Positions 9,060-19,037 of a stretch of 64,000 bases of DNA are shown piece after piece. The position numbers were made by a program, and so were the translations under genes. The stretch spans positions 1,005 through 65,004 of the forward strand of contig JBJFFD010000043.1 in NCBI GenBank assembly GCA_051891335.1, in the 5' to 3' direction. Source of the stretch: Candidatus Scatovivens sp. (lineage in GTDB: Bacteria; Bacillota; Clostridia; TANB77; CAG-508). Under the pieces are notes generated by a model. That model had not been told where the DNA came from. It searched no databases and saw only the letters and a list, made by a program, of their open reading frames with translations. Each line of letters begins with the position of its first letter. The first letter of the stretch is position 1.

Positions 9060-11150
9060 ATGGGCAAAAGAATGAACTCAAATATATTCTTATACATTAT
9101 ATTAGGAACATTGGGAATATTTGCAATAGTAGTTATAGCTTATTTAATATTGAAAAACAAAATGCAAACTAAAAGTTCAAGATATAGGGCTCAATTAGTT
9201 GAAGGAACTAAATCTGATGCATTTAGCATGGAAATATTCTATCAAAAATTCTATATAAAATGCTCTAAAATTCCTTTAATAAAAAGATACTTATTAAAAC
9301 TAAGAAGAAGATTAGAAATTTTAAATTTGGAAGATGAATATGTAACTAGAAAGCAAGCAGCACAAATTTTATTTAAATGCCTTTTTATAACTATAATATT
9401 AACAGTTGTAATTATTTGGTTTACACATAAAAATACTATATTAATGCTAAGCTTAATACTTTTTGAATTCTTCTTTATTGAAGTAATTATGGAAGGTATG
9501 GTTGATAAAATTGACAATAATTTATTGAGACAACAAGTAGACTTTTTTGCAGAAATAAGACATGCATATCATGAATTTAACATGGTTGAAGAAGCTATAT
9601 ATGATGTATCACAAAATGATGAGTTAAGCGTTTCAAGACAAGGAGAAAGAGTCTATGAAATATTAATTTCTGATGACCCTGAAACTGAGTTAGAAAAATA
9701 TTATGATATAGCACCAAATAGTTATTTAAAAGAATTCGCAGGTGTTTCTTATTTAACAAAAGAGTTTGGAGATAGAAAAGATAAAGATGGAGCATCTTTA
9801 TATTTAAAAAACTTAAATAATATAACACAAGAAATGCAAATAGAAATATTAAAAAGAGATAAATTAGATTATGTTTTTCAAAGTTTATCTATAATAGCAG
9901 CTGCACCAATTTTAGCTATAGAAGCTGTTAAAAGTTGGGCTGTTGGTAATTTCTCATTTACAGCACAGTTTTATAATGGCTCACTAGGATTTATTGCTCA
10001 AGTTGCATTAATAATTATAACTTTTATATGCTTTATACTAGTTAGAAAATTAAAAGATAATGGTAGTGTAAATACAGCTGTAAATACAGAAAATCCATGG
10101 CAGGCAAAAATATATAAAAAGAAAATAGTAAAGAAAATTGTAGACTTATTTATTCCTAAACAAGGAACAAAAGATTATAGAAAAATAGTAAAACTATTAA
10201 AGGATTCAGCTTCAAAACTGAAAATAGAGTGGTTATATGTAAATAGACTTTTTGTAGCACTTGCAACATTTTTAATGTTTATAATACTGTTTAATATAAC
10301 TCATTTTATGACTATTAACTATGTTTATACAGAACCTACATCAGATTATAATTTATTAGGTTCAATGTCTGAATCTCAAGAAAAAAAAGCAATGAAATTA
10401 ACTGAGTCAGATAATGTATATTTAGATAAATATAGATATGACTATAAAATGACAGAAGAAAAATTAGAAAAAGAATTGAGAAAAACACAAGAATATGGCT
10501 CTTCATCAGATGAAGATATAAAAGAAGCATCAGAAAGAATTTTTGAAAAGTTGCAAACTGTACAAAATGCATATTTTAAATGGTATGAATTACTTATTTG
10601 TTGTATTACAGCAGTAATTGGATACTATGGACCAGTACTATTATTGGAATTCCAAAAAATAATGAGACAAATGGAAATGGAAAATGAAGTAATGCAATTT
10701 CAAACAATAATATTGATGCTTATGAAAATTGAAAGAGTAAATGTTGAAATGATTCTAGAATGGCTAGAAAGATATTCAAATATATTTAGAGAACCAATAT
10801 CAAAATGTGTAAATAACTATGAAAGTGGAGCATGGGAAGCATTAGAAGAATTGAAAAATGATATAACATTTGATAAATTAATAAGAATTGTAGAAAGTTT
10901 GCAAGCTGCAGTAGAGCAAATACCAATAAGACAAGCTTTTGATGAGTTAGACACAGAAAGAGCTTATTACCAAGAAAAAAGAAAAGAGTCAAATGATAGA
11001 TTAATTTCTAAAAAAGCATTAATAGGTAAAGCAATAGGTTTTGCACCAATGGTAGTGCTATTTGTAGGATACCTAATTATTCCTTTATGTGTAATTGGTA
11101 TGATAAGTATGTCTGAGGCATTTAATTCTATGAGTGCTACAATGAAATAA
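9060..11150 (+). CDS. large polytopic membrane protein, TadB/TadC (T2SS-F)-like platform candidate
   Basis: 696 aa with several hydrophobic helices at both ends. It lies immediately after the ATPase. Assignment is by position and topology only. Confidence 0.45.
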   Translation: MGKRMNSNIFLYIILGTLGIFAIVVIAYLILKNKMQTKSSRYRAQLVEGTKSDAFSMEIFYQKFYIKCSKIPLIKRYLLKLRRRLEILNLEDEYVTRKQAAQILFKCLFITIILTVVIIWFTHKNTILMLSLILFEFFFIEVIMEGMVDKIDNNLLRQQVDFFAEIRHAYHEFNMVEEAIYDVSQNDELSVSRQGERVYEILISDDPETELEKYYDIAPNSYLKEFAGVSYLTKEFGDRKDKDGASLYLKNLNNITQEMQIEILKRDKLDYVFQSLSIIAAAPILAIEAVKSWAVGNFSFTAQFYNGSLGFIAQVALIIITFICFILVRKLKDNGSVNTAVNTENPWQAKIYKKKIVKKIVDLFIPKQGTKDYRKIVKLLKDSASKLKIEWLYVNRLFVALATFLMFIILFNITHFMTINYVYTEPTSDYNLLGSMSESQEKKAMKLTESDNVYLDKYRYDYKMTEEKLEKELRKTQEYGSSSDEDIKEASERIFEKLQTVQNAYFKWYELLICCITAVIGYYGPVLLLEFQKIMRQMEMENEVMQFQTIILMLMKIERVNVEMILEWLERYSNIFREPISKCVNNYESGAWEALEELKNDITFDKLIRIVESLQAAVEQIPIRQAFDELDTERAYYQEKRKESNDRLISKKALIGKAIGFAPMVVLFVGYLIIPLCVIGMISMSEAFNSMSATMK

Positions 11151-11233
11151 AACTAATTAAAGAGTAATTTAAACTTGTCTTAATAAATAAAATATGCTTT
11201 TCAAATGTATATATTTAAGAAAGGATTTGTAAT

Positions 11234-12004
11234 ATGGATACAAATGCATCTCAAGCATTGAAAATGGCTGGTGGAATATTAATAGCAGTAGTAATAATAG
11301 CGACACTAACATATTTTTTTAGATCACTAACGCCATTTCAACAACAAATAGAAGACATAGAAGCATTAGAACAAACAGCAGACTTTAATAAAGAATATGA
11401 AGTATATAATAAAAACTTGATGTATGGAATTGACTTAATATCGGTAATAAATAAAGCATATGGTAACAACAAAAAATACATAGATGAATACGGATATTCA
11501 CAAGATTTAAAAGATAATTACTTGATAGATATTGAATTAGAAACACCAGTTACATTAAAACAAACCTTAATTGTCAATGATATATATGATGAAGTAAATG
11601 GAGAAATAATTGAAAAGAATCCAAGCAAAGTTAATGTTTCATCAATTAGCCCACCTTCAATTCGAGAAGAAGTAAAAAAAGAAATTGCAAATAAATTAAG
11701 AATGAAAGAAGAAGACATTGAAAAGATATATGATGATAAAATAATTTCTGGTAAATTAATTGTACCTGGAGCTGGAAATGATACAAATGAAAATATGTAT
11801 ATATATATAATAGAAGAATCTGTTAAAGATCTTAAGAGAAATGCAAGAAATAATAATACAGATACAATAAAAATATGGGGAACTGCTACACTAGAAACAT
11901 ATGCGTATTCATTAAAAAATAAAAAATTTAAATGTACTGGAGTAGAAAATAGTAAAAATACAGGTAGAATAATTAAAATGAATTTTAAAGAAATAGAAAT
12001 ATAA
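11234..12004 (+). CDS. pilin-like protein (short polar N-terminus plus hydrophobic helix)
   Basis: N-terminus MDTNASQALKMAGGILIAVVIIATL, shared with the ORFs at 12028, 13191 and 13672. Confidence 0.4.
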   Translation: MDTNASQALKMAGGILIAVVIIATLTYFFRSLTPFQQQIEDIEALEQTADFNKEYEVYNKNLMYGIDLISVINKAYGNNKKYIDEYGYSQDLKDNYLIDIELETPVTLKQTLIVNDIYDEVNGEIIEKNPSKVNVSSISPPSIREEVKKEIANKLRMKEEDIEKIYDDKIISGKLIVPGAGNDTNENMYIYIIEESVKDLKRNARNNNTDTIKIWGTATLETYAYSLKNKKFKCTGVENSKNTGRIIKMNFKEIEI

Positions 12005-12027
12005 TAACTACATAAAAGGAGAACAAA

Positions 12028-12537
12028 ATGGAAAATACTACAAAAGCCTTATATATGGCGACGGGTGTATTAATAGGAATTTTAATATTAACAGCTTTTG
12101 TATTTGTCTTTGCAAAAGGTGGTCAAATGTTGGGAACAGCAGAAAACAAAAAAGCAAGTGAACAAATAGAAGACTATAATTCGAAGTTAATTATATATAA
12201 TAGAACTGGTGAAGAAAATAACTATAATACAATATTTGATGTAGTAACAGCATGTAATTTAGCGTATGATATAAATAATCAAAATATGTTTGATAACAAA
12301 AACTATTTGATAGTTGAATTAGTAGTAATAAGGGGTAGTGAGGAATACATTTTAGATAACCTTGAAAGCCAAAAAAAAGGATATATAGGAGATGAAAAAC
12401 TAACAAGCTTAATAACAAGGTATGGTCAACAAATAGAATATAGTGGAAAATATATTTATGAACATAAATTTAAAGGCGAGGTAGAATTTGACATGGACTC
12501 TGGAAAAATTAATAAAATTATATTTACAAAAATTTAA
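12028..12537 (+). CDS. pilin-like protein
   Basis: N-terminus MENTTKALYMATGVLIGILILTAF. Confidence 0.45.
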   Translation: MENTTKALYMATGVLIGILILTAFVFVFAKGGQMLGTAENKKASEQIEDYNSKLIIYNRTGEENNYNTIFDVVTACNLAYDINNQNMFDNKNYLIVELVVIRGSEEYILDNLESQKKGYIGDEKLTSLITRYGQQIEYSGKYIYEHKFKGEVEFDMDSGKINKIIFTKI

Positions 12538-12550
12538 ATAACAACAAAAA

Positions 12551-12573
12551 CTGTAAGAGCTCGCTCTTAACAG
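12551..12573 (+). terminator. hairpin inside the pilus cluster (possible internal terminator or processing site)
   Basis: ctgtaagagc tc gctcttaacag, an imperfect palindrome. Confidence 0.35.
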
Positions 12574-12684
12574 ACTAAGAATTTAAATTATAATTTATAA
12601 ATAAAATATAAAACAAATAATCCAATAAAATTTTACAAAATAATTGAAACAAAAATAAAAATAAGATATAATAGGTATAAGAAC

Positions 12685-13110
12685 ATGAAAAAAAGTTTAA
12701 TTTTGATTGCTACTTTATTAATAGTAATAATAATAATTGTTGCAGTAAAAATAAATGATTTACAAAAAGGCAAACAAAAAATATTAAATTTTAATAAAGA
12801 GTTTGAATATTATTGTAACAAATCAGTATTAGGAACAGATATAACAACATTAATAAATAAAGCTATAGATAATAATGAAAAAAATAATGTTCAAAAAGAT
12901 GAAAAAGGTTTATATGTGCAAAATGGTGAAAACTCAATTAAAATTTATGTAAAAATGAAATTTACTGAAAATACTTATCCTATGGAAAGTTTCTATACTG
13001 CAGGAATAAATGATTTTACAAAGTACTTCGGAGCAATAAATTTTAAAAGCACTGAAGTAAATTATCATGAAAATGGAAAAATTTCTTCAATAATTTTTGA
13101 GGAACAGTAA
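12685..13110 (+). CDS. small membrane-anchored protein in the pilus cluster
   Basis: N-terminus MKKSLILIATLLIVIIIIVAV, then a soluble domain. Confidence 0.35.
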   Translation: MKKSLILIATLLIVIIIIVAVKINDLQKGKQKILNFNKEFEYYCNKSVLGTDITTLINKAIDNNEKNNVQKDEKGLYVQNGENSIKIYVKMKFTENTYPMESFYTAGINDFTKYFGAINFKSTEVNYHENGKISSIIFEEQ

Positions 13111-13190
13111 AAAAAGTCTTTAATATTTTTCTACATAAACAGTAGAAAATTTAAATAAAAAATAATTAAAAAACTAAGGAGGAAAAATTT

Positions 13191-13649
13191 ATGGAAAATG
13201 CGTCAAAAGCATTAATTATAGCAGGAGCTATATTAATATCAATATTAATAATTGCAATAGGAATGTACATATACAGTAGTTCAACAAATTCAATTAGAAG
13301 TGGAATAAATTCAATGGATACTCAAGAAAAAGAAGCTTTTAATTCTCAATGGACAAATTATGAAGGAAAGCAATCAGGTGCACAAGTAAAATCATTAATT
13401 ACAAAATTAATTGCAAATGCTAATACAAATAAAGATGAGGAACATAAAGTTGTTAATTTAACTTATCCTACAAATGGAACTGGTACTGCTACTACCCCAC
13501 TAACTTATAATGGAGTGAGTGATAGTGTTGGAGACTTTATGGATGAATTAAATGATGCTTATACAGCTATAAAAGCAAATCATACGTATACTGTAACTTT
13601 TGACTATGAAAGTACTGAATTAATAAGAAGAATAATAGTAACTTATTAA
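13191..13649 (+). CDS. pilin-like protein (best major-pilin candidate)
   Basis: N-terminus MENASKALIIAGAILISILIIAIGMYIY. Strong RBS AAGGAGG. 152 aa. Confidence 0.45.
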   Translation: MENASKALIIAGAILISILIIAIGMYIYSSSTNSIRSGINSMDTQEKEAFNSQWTNYEGKQSGAQVKSLITKLIANANTNKDEEHKVVNLTYPTNGTGTATTPLTYNGVSDSVGDFMDELNDAYTAIKANHTYTVTFDYESTELIRRIIVTY

Positions 13650-13671
13650 TTTTCTGAAAGGATTGTAATTT

Positions 13672-14340
13672 ATGGAGAATGCTGTTGAAAGCATATTAAT
13701 TGCATTTGCTGTTATTGTTTTTGTAATAGCTCTTTCTTTGACAACTTTTATGCTTTCAAAAGCAATGACAACTACTGAAGATTTAATATATTTTTCAGAT
13801 AAAACAAATTATTATCAAAATATAAAAATTAGTGAATCAGCAGGAGAATTAACAAAAAGAAATGTTAGTATAGATACAGTTGTAAATTCTTTATATAGAT
13901 ATTATAAAGAAAACTTTATGGTTAGAATTTATAATAAAAGTGGTGAATTAGTACAAATATTTGATACAACAATAGAAGGAAAAGTGTATATTGCATCTAG
14001 TAAAAAAATATCTAATAGAACAAATGAAGAAAAAGCTTTAATGAATAATTATGGCAGTGGTAAACTAAATTTGTTTGGAGCTCCATGGATGGGAAATACA
14101 ACAAGAGATGCTAAATATAGAGTTGATTTATATGTTTCAGGAAAAAATGGATATATAAATAATATAGGAGTTAGCTATGAAGGAAATGGACTATATGATT
14201 TAGGCACAACAACTTTTGAAGAAACTTTTGTTGAATATATGTATTCTGGACAAACTATTTCAACTGAAAATGGAATAGAGTCAATAACAGGTAATACTAA
14301 GGAAAAGAATAAAATAATAGTAGATTATAAAGCAAAATAG
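13672..14340 (+). CDS. pilin-like protein
   Basis: N-terminus MENAVESILIAFAVIVFVIALSL. Confidence 0.4.
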   Translation: MENAVESILIAFAVIVFVIALSLTTFMLSKAMTTTEDLIYFSDKTNYYQNIKISESAGELTKRNVSIDTVVNSLYRYYKENFMVRIYNKSGELVQIFDTTIEGKVYIASSKKISNRTNEEKALMNNYGSGKLNLFGAPWMGNTTRDAKYRVDLYVSGKNGYINNIGVSYEGNGLYDLGTTTFEETFVEYMYSGQTISTENGIESITGNTKEKNKIIVDYKAK

Positions 14341-14349
14341 GAGGATTTT

Positions 14350-14880
14350 ATGAGTGATACATTAATAACAGTTGTAGCAATATTATTAGCAGCTATATTA
14401 ATGTTTATGTTTCCACTTATGTCTGTTTCAGAAAGAAGTGATGATGTTTCACAACTTGCTGTTCAGACAGCAGTAAATGAATTTGTAGATAATTCAAGTA
14501 CAATAGGAAAAATAACATTAGAAAATTATAATAGTTTGATAAGTACTTTAAATGCTACAGGCAATCCTTATGAAGTAGAAATAGAACATAAAATATTAGA
14601 TGAAAACATTGGAAAAAAATCTGCTTGGACACAAGGCACAGTAATAGGAGAAAATGTTTATTATTCAGTGTATACTTCTCAAATAATGAGTGAATTACAA
14701 TCAAGTACAAATGGAGTATATAATATGAAAAAAGGTGATATTTTATCTGTTAGTGCTAAGAATAGTGGAAAAACATTAGCTCAAATGATTAGAGGAGTAT
14801 TTTATTCTATTAGTGGAAATAGTAATTACCAAATATCTGCGCAACATTCAAGAGCTGTTACCGCTACAGCATCAAAATAA
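14350..14880 (+). CDS. membrane-anchored pilus-cluster protein (TadE-like topology)
   Basis: N-terminus MSDTLITVVAILLAAILMFMFPL. Confidence 0.35.
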   Translation: MSDTLITVVAILLAAILMFMFPLMSVSERSDDVSQLAVQTAVNEFVDNSSTIGKITLENYNSLISTLNATGNPYEVEIEHKILDENIGKKSAWTQGTVIGENVYYSVYTSQIMSELQSSTNGVYNMKKGDILSVSAKNSGKTLAQMIRGVFYSISGNSNYQISAQHSRAVTATASK

Positions 14881-14894
14881 ATAATAAATAAAAT

Positions 14895-14930
14895 TAGGCG
14901 GAGAAAAAATTATTTTCTTCGCCTAAAAAT
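14895..14930 (+). terminator. rho-independent terminator
   Basis: taggcggagaaaa / ttttcttcgccta stem, then an A/T tail. Confidence 0.7.
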
Positions 14931-15017
14931 ATATATATAAATATTTTTATAAAAAATAAAGATATTTATATGTATATTAAAATTTTGCTAATTATTGTTT
15001 TATAAATAAAATATATA

Positions 15018-15041
15018 AGGGCTAATGTTCACATCAATCCG
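15018..15041. repeat. degenerate copy of the GATGTTCACATC hairpin repeat
   Basis: gggctaATGTTCACATcaatccg compared with the intact copies at 23285, 28274 and 59213. Confidence 0.4.
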
Positions 15042-15125
15042 AAAAAATAAAAAGGAATATGTCAATGTATACATAGACTACTACAATTAATAAATTTGCA
15101 AAAATAAAGAAAAGGATAAAAATAT

Positions 15126-17108
15126 ATGAAATTACAAAGTTTAGGTATAATATTTATAATAATAGTATTTCCAATGATATTAATATTATCTTATTATCTT
15201 GGATTGCAAATAGAAACAGTTACATTACAAAATAAATATAGAAATTCATTAATAGATGCAACAAATGATGCAATGTCTGCGTTTGAATTGAATACAGCAA
15301 ATGAAGAATTATCAAATGTTTCAGATTCATTAAGAACCATAGTAAATGCTTCAACCAATACTTTTGTAAATACATTATCAACAAGTTTAGGATTATCAAA
15401 TGCTAATAAAGAAAGAATACAACCATATATACCAGCAATTTTATATACTTTATATGATGGATATTATATTTATTCTCCAACTAAAATACCAGTAATTTTA
15501 GAAAAAACAAAAAAAGAAGGAGAAACAGTAATATCTGACGGAGCTAAATATTCAGACGATGGAGCATTGTTATATAAACAAAATGAAAGTGATGATATTG
15601 GAACAACAGATATAAACAAAGCAATGAATAAAACTGATTATGTATTAAAATCATATATGCCATATTCAGCAACATATAAAAAAGCAACAGACGAAGTTAC
15701 TATTAACTATACATTAGATAATTTTATAAATGTTTCAGGAATAATAGATGGAATTTATTATACAAAATCAGGATATTATATAAATATAAACTTAGTAACT
15801 GATTGTAATATTCCAAACTGGACAAATATGGGGCAAGATGAACTTAAAGAATACTGTGAAAACGAAGATAATCAAATTAATATAAAAATAAATGATGAAA
15901 TAGAGATTTATACTGATCGTGGTGATACAGAAGAAGTTAAAAAAGCTAATAGAAAAGCAATAGAATACTATCTAACTAATACAGCTTTTTCAAATTGGGT
16001 GAATGACAAATTGAAATTTGTTAGAGGAGATACATTACAAAGTGTAATTAATTTTAGTAATCCAGATAGTATAGGATATTCTTTAGAAAATATGAATAAT
16101 ATATACCATAATTTTGAAAATGAAACACAAGATATTTTTGATGCTTCTAATGATCCAGAGGATGAAGACTCTTCATTTAATAATCATAAATATAATATTA
16201 TAAAAAACTCAATTCAATATAATTTGAATTTAGCAATATCTTCTTATAGTGAAATGTTTAAGGGATTAAATTTTGAAATGCCACAACTGTCTGATGAAGA
16301 ATGGGAACAAATAACTGAAAAATTATCAATAGTAACATTCCTTCAAGGATTAGATTGTGGACTAAAGAATTTTAATGATTATGCGATTATATCTAGTACT
16401 AATAATGAAATGACAGTAATACCAGAAGAAATATACTATGTAAAAGCAAATGAATTTAATAATGAGACTTCATACTATCATAGACTAGATTGTAAAAAAT
16501 TAAATGAAAAAAGTGATGGGACTGAATATGATGGAGATTTTATTTCTTTTGTTTCAAAAGAGGTAAAATATGATGATGTTTATAAAGGTGATACAACAAC
16601 TGGAATCGAATATGAATATGATCATAAAAACTTAGCATGCTATGATTGTATAGTACAAAATAATTATACAAATTATAGTTCAAAAAAAATAAAATTAAGG
16701 GCGTTTTTGGGAATAGAAGAAGATATAGATGAAAATGGTATTACATATAAAAATAACTCAGTAAAGTCTAACTTGAAAAAAGCTTATTATACAGCAGTTG
16801 CAAAAGAAAGACAGAACCTATATAAAACAACACAGTATTCAAAAAATGAGGGAATAAAAATAGATACTAGTGGAAGTTCAATAACTTGGAATAGTAATAT
16901 ATCAAAAGCAGAAATTACAATAGAGGTAACAGCTCCGAACGGAATCGTTGGAGAAATAAAGATAGGAGGAAATGGAACAGGAAAAATGATTTCAACATCA
17001 ACCAAATCAACTCAGACTGTTGAAATAGAAAACAATGGAAGTTCTGGAAACATAGAATGTACATTAGGAACAATTCAAGTTAAATCTATAAAATACATTT
17101 ATAAATGA
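15126..17108 (+). CDS. large (660 aa) N-terminally anchored extracellular protein, last gene of the pilus cluster
   Basis: N-terminus MKLQSLGIIFIIIVFPMILILSYY, then a long Asn/Asp/Tyr-rich domain. No motif recognised. Confidence 0.4.
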   Translation: MKLQSLGIIFIIIVFPMILILSYYLGLQIETVTLQNKYRNSLIDATNDAMSAFELNTANEELSNVSDSLRTIVNASTNTFVNTLSTSLGLSNANKERIQPYIPAILYTLYDGYYIYSPTKIPVILEKTKKEGETVISDGAKYSDDGALLYKQNESDDIGTTDINKAMNKTDYVLKSYMPYSATYKKATDEVTINYTLDNFINVSGIIDGIYYTKSGYYININLVTDCNIPNWTNMGQDELKEYCENEDNQINIKINDEIEIYTDRGDTEEVKKANRKAIEYYLTNTAFSNWVNDKLKFVRGDTLQSVINFSNPDSIGYSLENMNNIYHNFENETQDIFDASNDPEDEDSSFNNHKYNIIKNSIQYNLNLAISSYSEMFKGLNFEMPQLSDEEWEQITEKLSIVTFLQGLDCGLKNFNDYAIISSTNNEMTVIPEEIYYVKANEFNNETSYYHRLDCKKLNEKSDGTEYDGDFISFVSKEVKYDDVYKGDTTTGIEYEYDHKNLACYDCIVQNNYTNYSSKKIKLRAFLGIEEDIDENGITYKNNSVKSNLKKAYYTAVAKERQNLYKTTQYSKNEGIKIDTSGSSITWNSNISKAEITIEVTAPNGIVGEIKIGGNGTGKMISTSTKSTQTVEIENNGSSGNIECTLGTIQVKSIKYIYK

Positions 17109-17173
17109 AACTATATAATATGAAGAAGTTTCTAAAAAATAATAAAAATTTCAAAAATGGTTAAGATATTCTT

Positions 17174-18364
17174 ATGAAAGTTTTAAGAAATATTTTAATC
17201 ATTTTTTTGATGCTAATTATATATGCATATTTTATAAGTATAGAATTCTTACCTGATGAAGTAACATTACTTTCTGGAGAAAGGTATTATATAAAAACTT
17301 TATATGGTACAAAAGTTACATCTACTTCAAAAACTTCAACAACATCTTCTGAAAAAATAGATGTTAATGTGAGTTTATTTGGAAAATTAGATTTAAAAAC
17401 AATATCTGTAAATATTTTAGAAGATATAGAAATTGTTCCAGTTGGTAAAATTATAGGGTTAAAATTATACACAAATGGAGTCCTAGTTGTTGGAATGTCA
17501 GAAATAGAAAACATGGATAATCAAATGGAAAGACCTTTTGATAATGCTGACATAAAAGAGGGAGACACTATTATAAAAGTTAATAATACTGAAATAGATT
17601 CAATAGAAAGTTTGAAAAAAGAAGTTAATAATTCTAATGGTAATACAATTAATTTGACTTTAGTAAGAGATGGAAGTATTTTAACCTCTAATATAATACC
17701 AACTAAAACTGAAGAAAATGAATATAAACTAGGTTTATGGGTAAGAGATGCTGCAACTGGTGTAGGTACTATAACTTATTATGAACCAGAAAGTAAACAA
17801 TTTGCTGCATTAGGTCATGGAATAACAGACACTGATACTGACAAATTGATAGATATTGAATCTGGAGAATTGGTTACTTCAAATATTGTTTCTATAAAAA
17901 AAGGAGAAAGCGGAAAACCAGGAGAAATAAAGGGAAGTATAATAAATCAACTTACAATAGGAAATGTAACTAAAAATTCAATATTTGGAATATATGGTGA
18001 TTTAACAAATTTGGCAAGTTTAAATATTGACACTTCAAAAAGTATTAAAGTAGCTTTAAGAAATGAAATAAAAACAGGAAGCGCAAGTATAATTTGCAAT
18101 ATTAATGGAGCAGAAACAAAAGAGTATTCTATAAATATTGACAAAATATATTATGACAATGATTCAAGTAATAAAAGTTTTATTATAACTGTAACAGACA
18201 AAGAACTAATTGAAAGAACTGGTGGAATAATTAGAGGCCTTTCTGGGGCTCCTATAATACAAAACGGAAAATTTGTTGGAGCAGTAACAAATGTATTAGT
18301 TCAAGATCCTAAAATAGGGTATGGAGTATTTGCAGATTTAATGATAAAAGAAATGAAAAAATAA
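17174..18364 (+). CDS. spoIVB: SpoIVB peptidase (S55)
   Basis: N-terminal TM, a PDZ-like region (GDTIIKVNNTEI), and the catalytic region GTITYYEP..FAALGHGI and SGAPII. Confidence 0.9.
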   Translation: MKVLRNILIIFLMLIIYAYFISIEFLPDEVTLLSGERYYIKTLYGTKVTSTSKTSTTSSEKIDVNVSLFGKLDLKTISVNILEDIEIVPVGKIIGLKLYTNGVLVVGMSEIENMDNQMERPFDNADIKEGDTIIKVNNTEIDSIESLKKEVNNSNGNTINLTLVRDGSILTSNIIPTKTEENEYKLGLWVRDAATGVGTITYYEPESKQFAALGHGITDTDTDKLIDIESGELVTSNIVSIKKGESGKPGEIKGSIINQLTIGNVTKNSIFGIYGDLTNLASLNIDTSKSIKVALRNEIKTGSASIICNINGAETKEYSINIDKIYYDNDSSNKSFIITVTDKELIERTGGIIRGLSGAPIIQNGKFVGAVTNVLVQDPKIGYGVFADLMIKEMKK

Positions 18365-18446
18365 GTCAACATAACAAAGAGGTTGAAAAAATTCTTATAG
18401 TGTGGTATAATAATTTATATGTAAATTTTTGGAAAGGGGTTTTATA

Positions 18447-18734
18447 ATGCTACAGCCAGATAAATGGACAATTCTACGGAAAGATGCATTACCAATTGTA
18501 GAAATAATTGGAGAATCAGTTTCAGCAAAAAATGAATCCTATATGATTTTTTTTGCAGTTAAATTAATAACCTTAGCAGAAGAATTTAAAGGAATTCTTA
18601 TCTCGGAAGAACCCAAATTTTTTAAGAAAAGTGAAATTGAAGTTGGTTTTTCAGTTGTATTTCCGAATGAAGAAAGCATAATTCAATTTGTTGAAGAAGT
18701 AAAAAAACGCCTGTCAAGAAATAATAATTATTAA
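18447..18734 (+). CDS. hypothetical protein (95 aa) carrying the only uninterrupted in-frame CGG in the window
   Basis: RBS GGAAAGGGG then ATG 18447, and a terminator directly after the stop. Codon 11 is CGG (18477). Confidence 0.5.
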   Translation: MLQPDKWTILRKDALPIVEIIGESVSAKNESYMIFFAVKLITLAEEFKGILISEEPKFFKKSEIEVGFSVVFPNEESIIQFVEEVKKRLSRNNNY

Positions 18735-18741
18735 CTTTAAT

Positions 18742-18770
18742 AAAGCAGTCCGATTTTGGACTGCTTTATC
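18742..18770 (+). terminator. rho-independent terminator
   Basis: aaagcagtcc gattttg ggactgcttt. Confidence 0.8.
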
Positions 18771-18788
18771 CATTTAAGAGCTTCATAT

Positions 18789-18817
18789 TTGACAATTAGC
18801 AAAAATTATTGTATAAT
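18789..18817 (+). promoter_or_regulatory. consensus sigma-A promoter with no ORF behind it
   Basis: TTGACA (18789-18794), 17 nt spacer, TATAAT (18812-18817), with a TG at the extended -10 position. Confidence 0.6.
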
Positions 18818-19037
18818 ATCTTTAGCGAAAATCGGATTTATCTGATTGTTAATGAGATTTATAATATAAAAATAAAAATGTTCGGAAGTAAAAAAGTATA
18901 ATAAAAAAATATATTTTGTAATAAGTGGGAACGAAATAGAAACTTTTGCAAAATAGAATAATTTGGAAAAATTGTATAATAATATAAAGGTTAAAAGTAG
19001 TAATTTATAAAATAAAAATAATAAAAATATTCCGAAT

